A program made the translations under genes and the position numbers. A stretch of DNA of 64,000 bases, from NCBI GenBank assembly GCA_002256435.1, contig NKJC01000002.1, positions 227,996 through 291,995 of the forward strand, in the 5' to 3' direction. Position 1 is the stretch's first letter. Each line of letters starts with the position of its first letter. Under the pieces are notes generated by a model. That model had not been told where the DNA came from. It searched no databases and saw only the letters and a list, made by a program, of their open reading frames with translations. Below are positions 18,875-28,703 of this stretch, piece by piece. This stretch comes from Chitinophagaceae bacterium BSSC1. Its GTDB lineage: Bacteria > Bacteroidota > Bacteroidia > Chitinophagales > Chitinophagaceae.

Positions 18875-19915
18875 ATGTTAAAGAAAATTCTTGCAGTTTC
18901 CCTTTGTTTTTCCGGCTTTTTCAATGCGAATGCACAATCAGACAGTACCAAATCTAGTCCTGTAATTACTGGATCATTAGATGCATATTATAGGTACAAT
19001 TTTGCAGATGCTACCGGCAAATTGAATAACTATACCAGTTTTACCAATTCCCAGAATAGTTTTGAATTAGGTATGGCTTCTTTAAAAGTGGATCACAGTA
19101 TTGGAAAGGTTTCTGCTACTGTAGACCTAGGTTTTGGAAGAAGGGCACAGGAATTTTCCTACAATGATGCCAATACAGTTTTCTCAATTAAGCAAGCTTA
19201 TTTGAGTTGGGCTGTTTCTGACAAATTCAAATTAACCGCAGGTAAATGGGCTACCCATGTTGGATATGAATTAGTTGATGCTACTGGCAACAGAAACTAT
19301 AGCATGTCTTATGGATTCTCATATGGTCCATTCTTTCATACTGGTGTAAAAGCTGATATCTCATTGGGTGGTAAATCTGCCTTGATGGTAGGTATCGCTA
19401 GCCCTACTGACTTTACTACTACTACTTCACCTAATAAAGTCTTTATTGCACAATTTAGCACTGGCACCAAGAATGATAAATTGAAAGCTTACTTGAATTA
19501 TCAGGGTGGCAAAACCGGTAGCAATAGCGGATTTGGTCAATTTGACTTGGTATTATTAGGTACCATAAGTAGCAAATTTGGTATCAACTACGATGGTACA
19601 ATTGCGAATGTTAAAACTGCTGGAACTACTAGTAGTTGGTCAAGTAATGCATTATACTTGAATTTTGACCCAAGTAGTAAATTAGGCTTCACTTTACGTG
19701 GAGAATATTTTGATGACAAAAAATCTGCTTCTGCAGGTGCATTTGGATCAAGCGTTTTTGCTACTACTCTTTCTGCAAACCTGAAAGTTGGACCATTAAC
19801 CTTTATTCCTGAAATTAGAATGGATAATGGAAGCAAAGAAATCTTCTTTAAAAGCGGTGGCACAGCAACAAAAAGCACTAGCGGTTTCTTAATTGCTGCT
19901 GTTTATAAATTCTAA
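18875..19915 (+). CDS. Outer-membrane beta-barrel porin of the type commonly linked to amt in Bacteroidota
   Basis: 346 aa with a signal peptide (FFNANAQ), alternating beta-strand pattern, and C-terminal ...AAVYKF aromatic terminus. Confidence 0.7.
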   Translation: MLKKILAVSLCFSGFFNANAQSDSTKSSPVITGSLDAYYRYNFADATGKLNNYTSFTNSQNSFELGMASLKVDHSIGKVSATVDLGFGRRAQEFSYNDANTVFSIKQAYLSWAVSDKFKLTAGKWATHVGYELVDATGNRNYSMSYGFSYGPFFHTGVKADISLGGKSALMVGIASPTDFTTTTSPNKVFIAQFSTGTKNDKLKAYLNYQGGKTGSNSGFGQFDLVLLGTISSKFGINYDGTIANVKTAGTTSSWSSNALYLNFDPSSKLGFTLRGEYFDDKKSASAGAFGSSVFATTLSANLKVGPLTFIPEIRMDNGSKEIFFKSGGTATKSTSGFLIAAVYKF

Positions 19916-19960
19916 GATCCTGTTTGAAAAAATACTAAGACTAACATGAGAAAAACCAGA

Positions 19961-19986
19961 AAGCGCCCAAATGGGCGCTTTTTTTA
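19961..19986 (+). terminator. Rho-independent terminator after the porin gene
   Basis: AGCGCCC-AAAT-GGGCGCT followed by a T7 run. Confidence 0.8.
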
Positions 19987-20020
19987 TGCATTATGTCCAA
20001 AATTCTACTTAAGTTAGACC

Positions 20021-20779
20021 ATGAAGCTGATGATAGTTTTTTTGCGTTTCATCTATTGTTGTTGGGCATTTGCATGGTTCTTAGTTTTGATGTTCCTTGC
20101 TTTTCCATTAGTTATGTTTTCCCTTTCATTTGGCAAGGTAAAAGGCGGGAATGTGATATATCAAATTTGTAGAACATGGGGAGTAATCTGGTATTTTTTA
20201 ATCGGCATTCAATACAAGCCTGTTTGGGAAGCAGCTGACAATCATCAAAAACAGTACATCTTTGTAGCCAACCATATTTCTTATATGGATATTCCACAAG
20301 TTTTAATGATTGCCAAACCTGGTCATCCTTTGCGTATTCTTGGAAAATATGAAATGGTTAAAGTGCCCATTTTTGGTTGGATTTATAGAGCAGCTGTAAT
20401 ACTGGTAGATCGAAGAAATGCAGAGACCAGGGCAAAAAGTGTCAGGGCCTTAAAAGCGGCAATCAAAAATGGCATTTCCATTTTTATTTTTCCTGAAGGA
20501 ACTTTTAATGAGTCAACAGCACCACTAAAATTCTTTTTTGATGGCGCTTTCCGAATTGCCATTGAAACAGGCACCCCCATCAAACCTGTTTTATTGGTTG
20601 ATACATTAGAAAGATTACATTTTAGGTCAATATTTGCTTTAACGCCCGGTAAAAACAGGATTGTTTATTTAGATGAAGTACCTGTTGAAGGTCTTGAGAT
20701 GAAGGATATTGCCCAATTAAAACAAAAAGTTTTTGACTTGATGGAACAAGGATTAAGACGATACCGTAACTATCCCTAA
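20021..20779 (+). CDS. plsC: 1-acyl-sn-glycerol-3-phosphate acyltransferase
   Basis: 252 aa with the NHISYMD (HX4D) and FPEGT acyltransferase motifs. Confidence 0.85.
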   Translation: MKLMIVFLRFIYCCWAFAWFLVLMFLAFPLVMFSLSFGKVKGGNVIYQICRTWGVIWYFLIGIQYKPVWEAADNHQKQYIFVANHISYMDIPQVLMIAKPGHPLRILGKYEMVKVPIFGWIYRAAVILVDRRNAETRAKSVRALKAAIKNGISIFIFPEGTFNESTAPLKFFFDGAFRIAIETGTPIKPVLLVDTLERLHFRSIFALTPGKNRIVYLDEVPVEGLEMKDIAQLKQKVFDLMEQGLRRYRNYP

Positions 20780-20816
20780 TTTCACTTGAAGCAATTTATC
20801 TTAGTCCTATCAATAC

Positions 20817-23312
20817 ATGTCAGACCAACTAGACTTTTCCTTATTTCCTGAGCCACAAACGGCCCCCACCATTTTTGCTGAAGTGGTGATTCCCCTTGCA
20901 TTACCTAAAAACTATACCTGGTCAATTCCTCTTGAAATGAACCAATTAGTAAAGCCCGGAATGCGCGTTGAAGTTGTTTTGGGAAAACATAAAAAATATG
21001 CTGGCATAATCAAATCCCTTTCTGATGTTGGGCCTACTGCATTCAAACCAAAACCAATTTTGAATGTGTTGGATGATGAACCATTGGTATTTGAACAACA
21101 ATTACGCTTATGGCAATGGATAGCCTCTTATTATATGTGCAGTGAGGGTGAAGTAATGCAAGCAGCCATTCCTGCAAACCTGAAGTTATCTAGTGAATCA
21201 ATTCTTATTTGGAATGAACAACAAGATTATGATGTAACACAATTATCCGACGAAGAATTTCTAGTTACTGAAGCCTTAGAAATGAAAAAAGAGCTAAGAC
21301 TTCAAGAAGTACAACAAATTCTTGATGGATCAAAAGTTTATCCAGTTATCAAACGATTAATTGAAAAACAGATTTGTCATATTTGGGAGGAATTAAAAGA
21401 AAAATACCAAACAAAAAAACAAACTTTTGTAATCCTTCACCCTAATTATGTTTCAGAAGAAAAACTTTCTGAATTATTAAACAATTGGGGTAAAGCTCCA
21501 AAACAAATGGAGCTATTACTCTCCTATTTGCATTTGATGAAAACAGAAGGTGAGGTTACACAACCTGCTTTATTAAAAAAGTCAAACGCATCTGCGGCAC
21601 AACTAAAAGGGTTAGTTGAAAAAGGAATTCTACAATTAGATAAAAGAGCGGTAGATAGAATACCTCAATTAGATGCCGAACACCAACTAAATTTTACACT
21701 TTCATCTGCTCAAGCAAAAGCATTAGAGGATATTGAAAAATCTTTTCATGAAAAACCTGTATGTCTCTTACATGGCATCACCGCAAGTGGAAAGACCCAG
21801 ATTTATATTCATCTGATTGAACAATACATGCAAAAGGGACAGCAAGTTCTTTACCTATTACCTGAGATTGCTTTAACGTCTCAGATTATTCGAAGACTAC
21901 AAGCACATTTTGGGGGCAGTATTGGAATTTATCATTCTAAATTCAATGCAAATGAAAGGGTTGAAATCTGGAACAAGGTAAAAAATGGCACGCTTAAAGC
22001 TGTATTAGGTGCCCGTTCTGCCCTATTTCTGCCCTTTAAAGACCTTGGTTTAATTATTGCAGATGAAGAGCACGATCCTTCTTATAAACAGCAGGAACCG
22101 GCTCCAAGGTATCATGCAAGGGATGCCGCAGTTTACTATGCTTCTTTATTTAATGCCAAAGTACTTTTAGGAAGTGCTACGCCAAGTTTGGAATCTTATT
22201 ATAATGCAGTACAAGGGAAATATGGATTAGTAAATCTATTAGAACGATTTGGTGAGGCATCCTTACCATCTATGGAGTTAGTAGATATTAGAAAACTACA
22301 TCACGATGAAAATGGAAAAACTGTTTTTACTCCTGGGCTTTTAGCTGCCATTCAGAAAACACTACAGGACAAAAAACAAATCATTTTATTTCAAAACAGA
22401 AGAGGTTATTCCCCCTATTTATTGTGTGAGACCTGTGGTTGGATTCCACATTGTTCCCAGTGCGATGTTACACTCACCTATCACAAAGCCAAACACAAAC
22501 TTACTTGTCATTATTGTGGTAGCACCTACCCTGTTGTGCAAACCTGTGCAGCCTGTGGTAGCCATCATTTTATTCAAAAGAATTTTGGAACAGAAAAAAT
22601 TGAAGAACAAGTCATCTCCTTGTTTCCAGATGCCAGAATTGCCAGAATGGATTATGATACAGTAAAGGGAAAGAATGACCATGATGCCATGGTAAAACTC
22701 TTTGAACAAAAAAGATTAGACATATTGGTAGGCACCCAGATGGTTGTAAAAGGTTTGGATTTTGAACACGTAAATCTAGTAGGCATTATTGATGCTGATG
22801 GCATTTTAAATTTTACAGACTTCAGGGTAAACGAACGAGCTTTTCAATTAATGGAACAAGTTAGTGGAAGGGCAGGAAGAAAAAATAGTTTGGGTCAAGT
22901 GATTATTCAGGTCAGCAATCCTCATCATCCAGTCTTGCAATTTGTTTCACAACATGATTTCAAAAAACTATATGATTTTGAAATCAAGAATCGAGAGATT
23001 TTCCAATATCCTCCTTTTACCAGATTGATTCAGGTAAAATTCAAACACAAGGACAAACAAATTGCAGAGGAAGCAGCAAATATTGTAGCCGCAACCTTAA
23101 AAAAACAATTTGGGGATGCAATTAACGGACCGGCCCAACCTGTTGTAGACAGAATTAGAAATCAATTTATTTGGGAAATCTTGATTAAAATGCCCAAGGA
23201 TCCTACTACTGTTAGAAAATGTAAAATTATATTGGAACAACAGTCATTGATTTTGCTCAACCACAAGAGATATCGTTCCGTTTCAATGATTCCAGATGTA
23301 GATCCAATTTAA
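20817..23312 (+). CDS. priA: Primosomal replication protein N' (PriA helicase)
   Basis: 831 aa with Walker A GITASGKT, a DEEH box, and a Cys-rich zinc region (CETCGW...CSQCD...CHYCG...CAACG). Confidence 0.95.
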   Translation: MSDQLDFSLFPEPQTAPTIFAEVVIPLALPKNYTWSIPLEMNQLVKPGMRVEVVLGKHKKYAGIIKSLSDVGPTAFKPKPILNVLDDEPLVFEQQLRLWQWIASYYMCSEGEVMQAAIPANLKLSSESILIWNEQQDYDVTQLSDEEFLVTEALEMKKELRLQEVQQILDGSKVYPVIKRLIEKQICHIWEELKEKYQTKKQTFVILHPNYVSEEKLSELLNNWGKAPKQMELLLSYLHLMKTEGEVTQPALLKKSNASAAQLKGLVEKGILQLDKRAVDRIPQLDAEHQLNFTLSSAQAKALEDIEKSFHEKPVCLLHGITASGKTQIYIHLIEQYMQKGQQVLYLLPEIALTSQIIRRLQAHFGGSIGIYHSKFNANERVEIWNKVKNGTLKAVLGARSALFLPFKDLGLIIADEEHDPSYKQQEPAPRYHARDAAVYYASLFNAKVLLGSATPSLESYYNAVQGKYGLVNLLERFGEASLPSMELVDIRKLHHDENGKTVFTPGLLAAIQKTLQDKKQIILFQNRRGYSPYLLCETCGWIPHCSQCDVTLTYHKAKHKLTCHYCGSTYPVVQTCAACGSHHFIQKNFGTEKIEEQVISLFPDARIARMDYDTVKGKNDHDAMVKLFEQKRLDILVGTQMVVKGLDFEHVNLVGIIDADGILNFTDFRVNERAFQLMEQVSGRAGRKNSLGQVIIQVSNPHHPVLQFVSQHDFKKLYDFEIKNREIFQYPPFTRLIQVKFKHKDKQIAEEAANIVAATLKKQFGDAINGPAQPVVDRIRNQFIWEILIKMPKDPTTVRKCKIILEQQSLILLNHKRYRSVSMIPDVDPI

Positions 23313-23324
23313 AATGTTGATTGT

Positions 23325-24347
23325 ATGCAACTACATGAAAATTTCTCCTTAAAAGCTTGGAATAGTTTTGGCATTGATGTTTCTGCCCGCTATTTTGCTA
23401 GGTTTTCAAATTGGGAAGAATTAGAACAATTAAAGGAAATTATACCAAATAAAACCATAGAAAACCCCTTAATTCTAGGAGGTGGCAGTAATATTTTATT
23501 TACTAAAAACTTTGATGGCTCCATATTAAAAAATGTGATCCGTGGCATTCGTTTGGTAGCTGAAACCAAAGAACATTTCATTGTAGAAGCAGGTGCTGGA
23601 GAAATCTGGCATGAATTTGTAATGCATTGCATTGATCATAATTATGCTGGGCTTGAAAATCTGAGTTTAATACCAGGAACAGTTGGCGCATCCCCAATTC
23701 AAAATATTGGTGCTTATGGCGTTGAAATCAAAGATTGTTTTCACTCCTTAGACGCCTACCATTTGAAAGATAAAACCGTGGTTCAATTTGAAGCCAAAGA
23801 CTGTTTATTTGGTTACAGGGATAGCATTTTTAAAAAGGAATTTAAGAACCAATTTGCCATTTTAAAAGTACGGTTCCAATTGTCCAAACAACCCAATCTT
23901 AAAACGAGTTATGGTATTATTGAACAGGAATTGGCAAAAAAAAATATTAGTTCTCCAAGCATCAGAGACATTTCTAATGCAGTAATCAGTATTAGAACCT
24001 CCAAACTTCCAGACCCGAAAATCATTGGAAATGCAGGTAGTTTTTTTAAAAACCCCTTGATTGCTAAAACATCATTTGAGCTACTTAAACAAACTTATCC
24101 AACTATTCCTGGCTATTCAACTGATTCACCTGAGTTTGTGAAAATTGCAGCAGGTTGGTTAATAGATCAATGTGGTTGGAAAGGATATAGAAAAGCAGAT
24201 GCTGGGTGCCATGCTTTACAAGCTTTGGTATTGGTGAATTATGGGAATGCTACAGGATCAGAAATATTGAGTCTCTCCCATGAAATCATTGCTTCTATCC
24301 AAAACAAATTTGGGATAGAACTTGAAAGAGAAGTGAATATTCTCTAA
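23325..24347 (+). CDS. murB: UDP-N-acetylenolpyruvoylglucosamine reductase
   Basis: 340 aa, type I MurB, with an FAD-binding domain (GGGSNILF) and conserved C-terminal domain. Confidence 0.95.
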   Translation: MQLHENFSLKAWNSFGIDVSARYFARFSNWEELEQLKEIIPNKTIENPLILGGGSNILFTKNFDGSILKNVIRGIRLVAETKEHFIVEAGAGEIWHEFVMHCIDHNYAGLENLSLIPGTVGASPIQNIGAYGVEIKDCFHSLDAYHLKDKTVVQFEAKDCLFGYRDSIFKKEFKNQFAILKVRFQLSKQPNLKTSYGIIEQELAKKNISSPSIRDISNAVISIRTSKLPDPKIIGNAGSFFKNPLIAKTSFELLKQTYPTIPGYSTDSPEFVKIAAGWLIDQCGWKGYRKADAGCHALQALVLVNYGNATGSEILSLSHEIIASIQNKFGIELEREVNIL

Positions 24348-24473
24348 CCAAAGATTAAATATCAACCCAAACTTTTCAATAGTATTCTATTTACCATAGT
24401 GTGAGGATAAATTCAACAGATGAATCTGTTCATACTTAAAACTGTTATTGCATTACTTTTCAATGAATGGTAG

Positions 24474-24509
24474 CAAAAAAAAGACCCCGATTACTCGGGG
24501 TCTTTTTAA
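24474..24509. terminator. Bidirectional rho-independent terminator between convergent murB and the ompA-family gene
   Basis: AAGACCCCG-ATTACT-CGGGGTCTT flanked by A8 on the left and T5 on the right. Confidence 0.8.
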
Positions 24510-24524
24510 GTATTTGTACAAAGC

Positions 24525-25853
24525 TTATTGTTGTACTTTGAATTCAACCCTTCTATTGGCTTTTCTGCCTTCTAGGGTTTTGTTATCCGCAACTGGTTTT
24601 TTACTACCATATCCTACAACAGTCAAACGGTCTTTTTCAATTCCTTTTGATACTATGTAGTTCTTCACAGAAGTAGCACGTTTTACTGACAATGGATCAT
24701 TGATTTTGTCTGTTCCAGTGCTAGAAGCATGACCTTCAATAGACAGTTTCAAAGAAGGATTCTCTTTCAGGATCACAACGCCTTTGTCTAATTCCTTTTT
24801 AGAAGGAGTTGTCAAGTTGGCGCTATTAATAGCAAATTGAATATCCTTAGCGTCAAAGTTCAATGCAGGGCAGCCGTTGTTTTCACGAATACCTTTTACA
24901 TTAGGACATTTATCTTCTTCGTCATTAATTCCGTCTCCATCTGTATCAGGGATAGGACAACCTTGGTAACGAGCTAGACCTGGAACAGTTGGACATTTGT
25001 CTTCTTCATCATTAATACCATCTTTATCAGTATCAGGAATTGGACAACCATCATATTTAGCAAGACCTTTAACAGTAGGACATTTGTCATTGTCATCATT
25101 GATACCGTCACCATCTGTATCTGGTACAGGGCAACCTTGGTATTTAGCAACACCTGGTACAGTTGGACATTTATCAATATTATCAAAAATGCCATCTCCA
25201 TCAGTATCCACTGGAGCTGGAGGAGGTGGTGGAGGAGCAACAACTACAGGTTCTGGTTTGCGATCTTTTAAAGGCGCAGAGAATCCAATGCTATAGTTAA
25301 AATGATTTGTAGATAAGGCAGAAACTTCAGTACGATAGTTAAACTGGGTATTCAAGAAAGATCCTTCACCCAACTTAAATTGAAGACCTCCTCCAACTGG
25401 AACATAAGCTGCAAAATAAGTACCACCATACATGGAAGCACCAACTCCAACATTCAAATAAGGAACCAAGAAGTATTTGTCTGTCAACAATTTAATATTA
25501 ACACCGGCATCCGCTTCCAATAGGAATTTATTAGAACCAGTTCCAGAAATACCAGAACCACTTCTAAAAGGATAGTTAACAAAAGTACCACCAAGGGTAG
25601 ATGAGAAATCAATATGATCTGTCAAGCCTTGCATGTATTGCAAACTTAGACCAGCCTGCATATCTTTCATTTTTGCCCATTTCTGATTGTTCAGTGCTGT
25701 TGAAAGTGAGCCACTGGCAATTGTTGCAGGTGTTTTAAAATCTTGAAAAAAGAAGTTAACACCTAAGGTTGGCAATTTCTTGTATTTGTTTGTCTGTGCA
25801 AAACTCATTGCAGAGATACACAGCACAACAGTTACTAATAAAAATTTCTTCAT
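24525..25853 (-). CDS. OmpA-family outer-membrane protein with thrombospondin type-3 repeats
   Basis: 442 aa. Domain order is signal peptide, beta-barrel-like N-terminal region, proline linker, four DTDGDGINDxxDKCP repeats, and a C-terminal OmpA/peptidoglycan-binding domain (NRRVEF). Confidence 0.9.
   Translation of the reverse strand: MKKFLLVTVVLCISAMSFAQTNKYKKLPTLGVNFFFQDFKTPATIASGSLSTALNNQKWAKMKDMQAGLSLQYMQGLTDHIDFSSTLGGTFVNYPFRSGSGISGTGSNKFLLEADAGVNIKLLTDKYFLVPYLNVGVGASMYGGTYFAAYVPVGGGLQFKLGEGSFLNTQFNYRTEVSALSTNHFNYSIGFSAPLKDRKPEPVVVAPPPPPPAPVDTDGDGIFDNIDKCPTVPGVAKYQGCPVPDTDGDGINDDNDKCPTVKGLAKYDGCPIPDTDKDGINDEEDKCPTVPGLARYQGCPIPDTDGDGINDEEDKCPNVKGIRENNGCPALNFDAKDIQFAINSANLTTPSKKELDKGVVILKENPSLKLSIEGHASSTGTDKINDPLSVKRATSVKNYIVSKGIEKDRLTVVGYGSKKPVADNKTLEGRKANRRVEFKVQQ
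24867..25208 (-). repeat. Four tandem units of about 87 nt encoding TSP3 calcium-binding repeats, inside the ompA-family CDS
   Basis: Residues 216-329 are DTDGDGIFDNIDKCPTVPGVAKYQGCPVP / DTDGDGINDDNDKCPTVKGLAKYDGCPIP / DTDKDGINDEEDKCPTVPGLARYQGCPIP / DTDGDGINDEEDKCPNVKGIRENNGCPA. Confidence 0.85.
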
Positions 25854-25932
25854 AAACAGTTTTAATTATCTAGCAAAAATACAGGCTTGAATTGACTTTA
25901 TAAAATATTATAAAACTGTTAATTCTGCACCA

Positions 25933-26430
25933 TTAATCAACAGTTTGGGCCGAAACAATTTCTAATTGAACCTTGGTCAGGCCTTTTTTCATAAAATCTA
26001 ATTCGGCTGCAGCAGCCCTACTCAAATCAATTACCCTGCCTTTTTTGGCCATTCTTGGATGCATTCGGTCATTAATTCTCACTATAACCGTATTCCCATT
26101 GCTTAAATTAGTGACCCTAACCCATGTATTTAATTTTAGATTGTTACTAGCTCCGGTGAATTTGCTATTCTTAAAGACCTCACCTGTGGCAGTTTTAGTT
26201 CCATCCAAGTTTTTACTGTAAAAACTTGCAATTCCTTTGATTTTCTTGGAAGACTCAATCGTTTTTGAGGGGATATTGATACTATCTGCCAATTTAGGTT
26301 TCCCTAAATGAATGGTATCTATCTGGATTAGGAAGGTATCCATTGCTTGACTTAACCGGGATGTATCAGTTTGAGCAGCAGATTTGATACCCGAACAACA
26401 GAATAATATGGCTAATAAGTAAAACTTCAT
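25933..26430 (-). CDS. rlpA: RlpA-family septal-ring lytic transglycosylase-like protein (DPBB domain)
   Basis: 165 aa with a signal peptide and GIASFYS...TATGE...VRVTNLSNGNTVIVRINDR. Confidence 0.8.
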   Translation of the reverse strand: MKFYLLAILFCCSGIKSAAQTDTSRLSQAMDTFLIQIDTIHLGKPKLADSINIPSKTIESSKKIKGIASFYSKNLDGTKTATGEVFKNSKFTGASNNLKLNTWVRVTNLSNGNTVIVRINDRMHPRMAKKGRVIDLSRAAAAELDFMKKGLTKVQLEIVSAQTVD

Positions 26431-26672
26431 TATTTCATTTTTCTGCTCTCTTAAGTAAGTAATATACCAAAAAACCTATAACTACCTAATTGAGAACAGC
26501 CACAGTTTGCCAAACACCATGCCAAAAAACATCTTTTTGGGAAAATAATGAGATAATTTAATTTAAATTATTGATTTACAATTAATTAAATAATAATTAT
26601 AATAATAATTAAATACCGGTTAGACTTATCTTACCAACTGTTTAGTTTATTCAACTAGAAAACTAACTTTGC

Positions 26673-28703
26673 TTGGTGAAGAATCCAATTAAATCCATCA
26701 TATTGATTTGCCTACTGATATTTGAGGCACTTCCATCTAGTGGGCAGTTTTGTACTACGCTTGGGCAAAACCCAACAACTGCATTTCCAGTTTGCGGCAA
26801 AACCGTTTTTCAACAGAATTCTGTGGCAATTTGCGGCACAAGAACCCTTCCTACTTTGTGCAATGACAATACACCCTATACCGATAAGAATCCATACTGG
26901 TACAAATTCACTTGCTATACCGCAGGCAAACTTGGCTTTTTAATCACTCCAACTGACCTAACTGATGATTATGATTGGCAATTGTTTGACGTAACTGGGG
27001 TTGATGAAATGGATGTTTATACCAATAAAAATTTAATTATCTCTGCCAATTGGTCTGGTTCAAGTGGTACAACTGGAGCCTCAAGTGGTGGAAAAAACCC
27101 TTTTGAATGTTCATCAGACCCTGCTTGGAATATTCCCACTTTCAGTACTATGCCGGATTTAATTGCTGGTCATAACTACTTATTAATGGTAAGCCATTAT
27201 ACCAATACCCAAAGTGGATATACCCTTTCATTTCAGGGTGGTTCAGCTAGTATTATCAATCCTCTGGCACCAACTATTCAGAATGCTTATGCCGTTTGTG
27301 ATGGAACGGAAATGGTGATAACCCTAAACAAAAAAATGAAATGCAGTAGTTTAGCTGCAGATGGATCAGATTTTTCTGTAGCCGGCCCTTTTGCTAATGC
27401 TTTTAATGCAGCGATTGGCAAAGGCTGTGCGGTCTCTTTTGATTTTGACACAGTAATGTTGAAATTGAATAATGTTTTGTCTCCTGGACTTTATAGTGTT
27501 ATTGCCAAAAATGGGATTGATGGCAATACATTAATTGACAATTGTGATAACCAACTTGCACTCGGTCTAAAAAAAGACCTACTTTTTACTGCTTCTGTTC
27601 CAACCCCCATGGACAGTATTAGCCCGGTAATTTGTATTCAAGACAGCTTACATCTGATATTTAGTAAACCCATGAGTTGTGCAAGTATTGCACCAGATGG
27701 ATCAGATTTTAGTATCACGGGGCCATCCAATGTTCAAATTAAATCTGCTACGGGCCTTTGCAACAATGGGATCAGTTCAACCATCCATTTGGTGCTACAA
27801 AAACCCATCAAGACCAATGGTATATATACATTAAAACTGGGCATTGGAACAGATGGGAATAGCCTGATAGACGAATGTGGTCAAATTACTGCTGCCGGAT
27901 CTAGTTTAAATTTTAGCATTCAAAACGTAGTCACCGCAGATTTTAATGCTACCATAAAAGCTGGTTGCAAAAAAGATACCATTCTATTGAGTCATAATGG
28001 TAATAATGCCGCTAATTCATGGAAATGGCAATTAGACAATGGATTGTCAAGTAACTTACAAAACCCATTGTTCACCACCAATCTTTTTGGTAAAACAAAT
28101 ATCTTATTAGAAACTAGCAATGGCATTTGCAAAGACAGCACCAGCATGGAACTTGATCTTCCAGATTGGACACTAAAAGCGGGCATTAATATACCTGATA
28201 CGGTTTGTTCAAAAGATACTGTTCAGATCCTGGATGCAAGTACTGCAAATGCTATTACTTGGAAATGGGATTTGGGAAATGGCCAATCCAGTACTTTACA
28301 AAACCCTCCATCTACTAGTTATCTTCCAAGTGGCAGGCAAACTCAATTTTTTGTACGCTTACAGATTAGCAATGGTTTTAATTGTACAGACACTATTTCA
28401 AAAAGAATATTTGTTTTACCAAATTGCTATATTGATATTCCAAGTGGATTCACTCCTAATGGAGATGGGCTCAATGATTTTCTATACCCATTAAATGCCT
28501 TTAAAGCTGTTGACTTAATTTTTAGAATCTACAATAGATTTGGACAAGTTATTTTTGAAACCAGGGATTGGAAAAAGAAATGGGATGGTAGGATTAACGG
28601 GATGCTTCAACCAAGCGGCACCTATGTTTATTTACTGGAATACACCCATAAAGACACTGGCAAAAGACAGGTGCTCAAAGGGACCACTGTATTAATTAGA
28701 TAG
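26673..28703 (+). CDS. T9SS type-B C-terminal-domain (gliding-motility-associated CTD) surface protein with PKD/Ig-like repeats
   Basis: 676 aa with a signal peptide. It has repeated ...DGSDFS(V/I)xGP... and WKWxLxNG PKD-like modules, and a C-terminal GFTPNGDGLNDFLYP...WDG...YVY motif. The start is forced to TTG 26673 or GTG 26676 by an upstream in-frame TAA at 26664. Confidence 0.8.
   Translation: MVKNPIKSIILICLLIFEALPSSGQFCTTLGQNPTTAFPVCGKTVFQQNSVAICGTRTLPTLCNDNTPYTDKNPYWYKFTCYTAGKLGFLITPTDLTDDYDWQLFDVTGVDEMDVYTNKNLIISANWSGSSGTTGASSGGKNPFECSSDPAWNIPTFSTMPDLIAGHNYLLMVSHYTNTQSGYTLSFQGGSASIINPLAPTIQNAYAVCDGTEMVITLNKKMKCSSLAADGSDFSVAGPFANAFNAAIGKGCAVSFDFDTVMLKLNNVLSPGLYSVIAKNGIDGNTLIDNCDNQLALGLKKDLLFTASVPTPMDSISPVICIQDSLHLIFSKPMSCASIAPDGSDFSITGPSNVQIKSATGLCNNGISSTIHLVLQKPIKTNGIYTLKLGIGTDGNSLIDECGQITAAGSSLNFSIQNVVTADFNATIKAGCKKDTILLSHNGNNAANSWKWQLDNGLSSNLQNPLFTTNLFGKTNILLETSNGICKDSTSMELDLPDWTLKAGINIPDTVCSKDTVQILDASTANAITWKWDLGNGQSSTLQNPPSTSYLPSGRQTQFFVRLQISNGFNCTDTISKRIFVLPNCYIDIPSGFTPNGDGLNDFLYPLNAFKAVDLIFRIYNRFGQVIFETRDWKKKWDGRINGMLQPSGTYVYLLEYTHKDTGKRQVLKGTTVLIR

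Noticed and set aside
19947-20018. 23-codon ORF (MRKTRKRPNGRFFYALCPKFYLS) between the porin gene and plsC
   Set aside because: It is built largely from the two arms and T-tail of the porin terminator, and there is no independent support.
23936-23944. A9 homopolymer inside murB as a possible phase-variation tract
   Set aside because: It lies in an essential housekeeping gene where it encodes Lys-Lys-Asn. Frameshifting there would be lethal, so it is probably compositional.
25855-25920. 10-bp inverted repeat, AACAGTTTTA ... TAAAACTGTT, separated by 46 nt between rlpA and the ompA-family gene
   Set aside because: The loop is too large for a terminator, and the arms are AT-rich and could match by chance. 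It is noted only as a possible operator in the ompA-family gene's promoter region.
26560-26625. AT-only direct and inverted repeats (AATAATAATTA twice, TTAATTTAAATT) upstream of the T9SS cargo gene
   Set aside because: These are low-complexity AT-rich promoter-region sequences. Repeats of this length are expected by chance at this composition.
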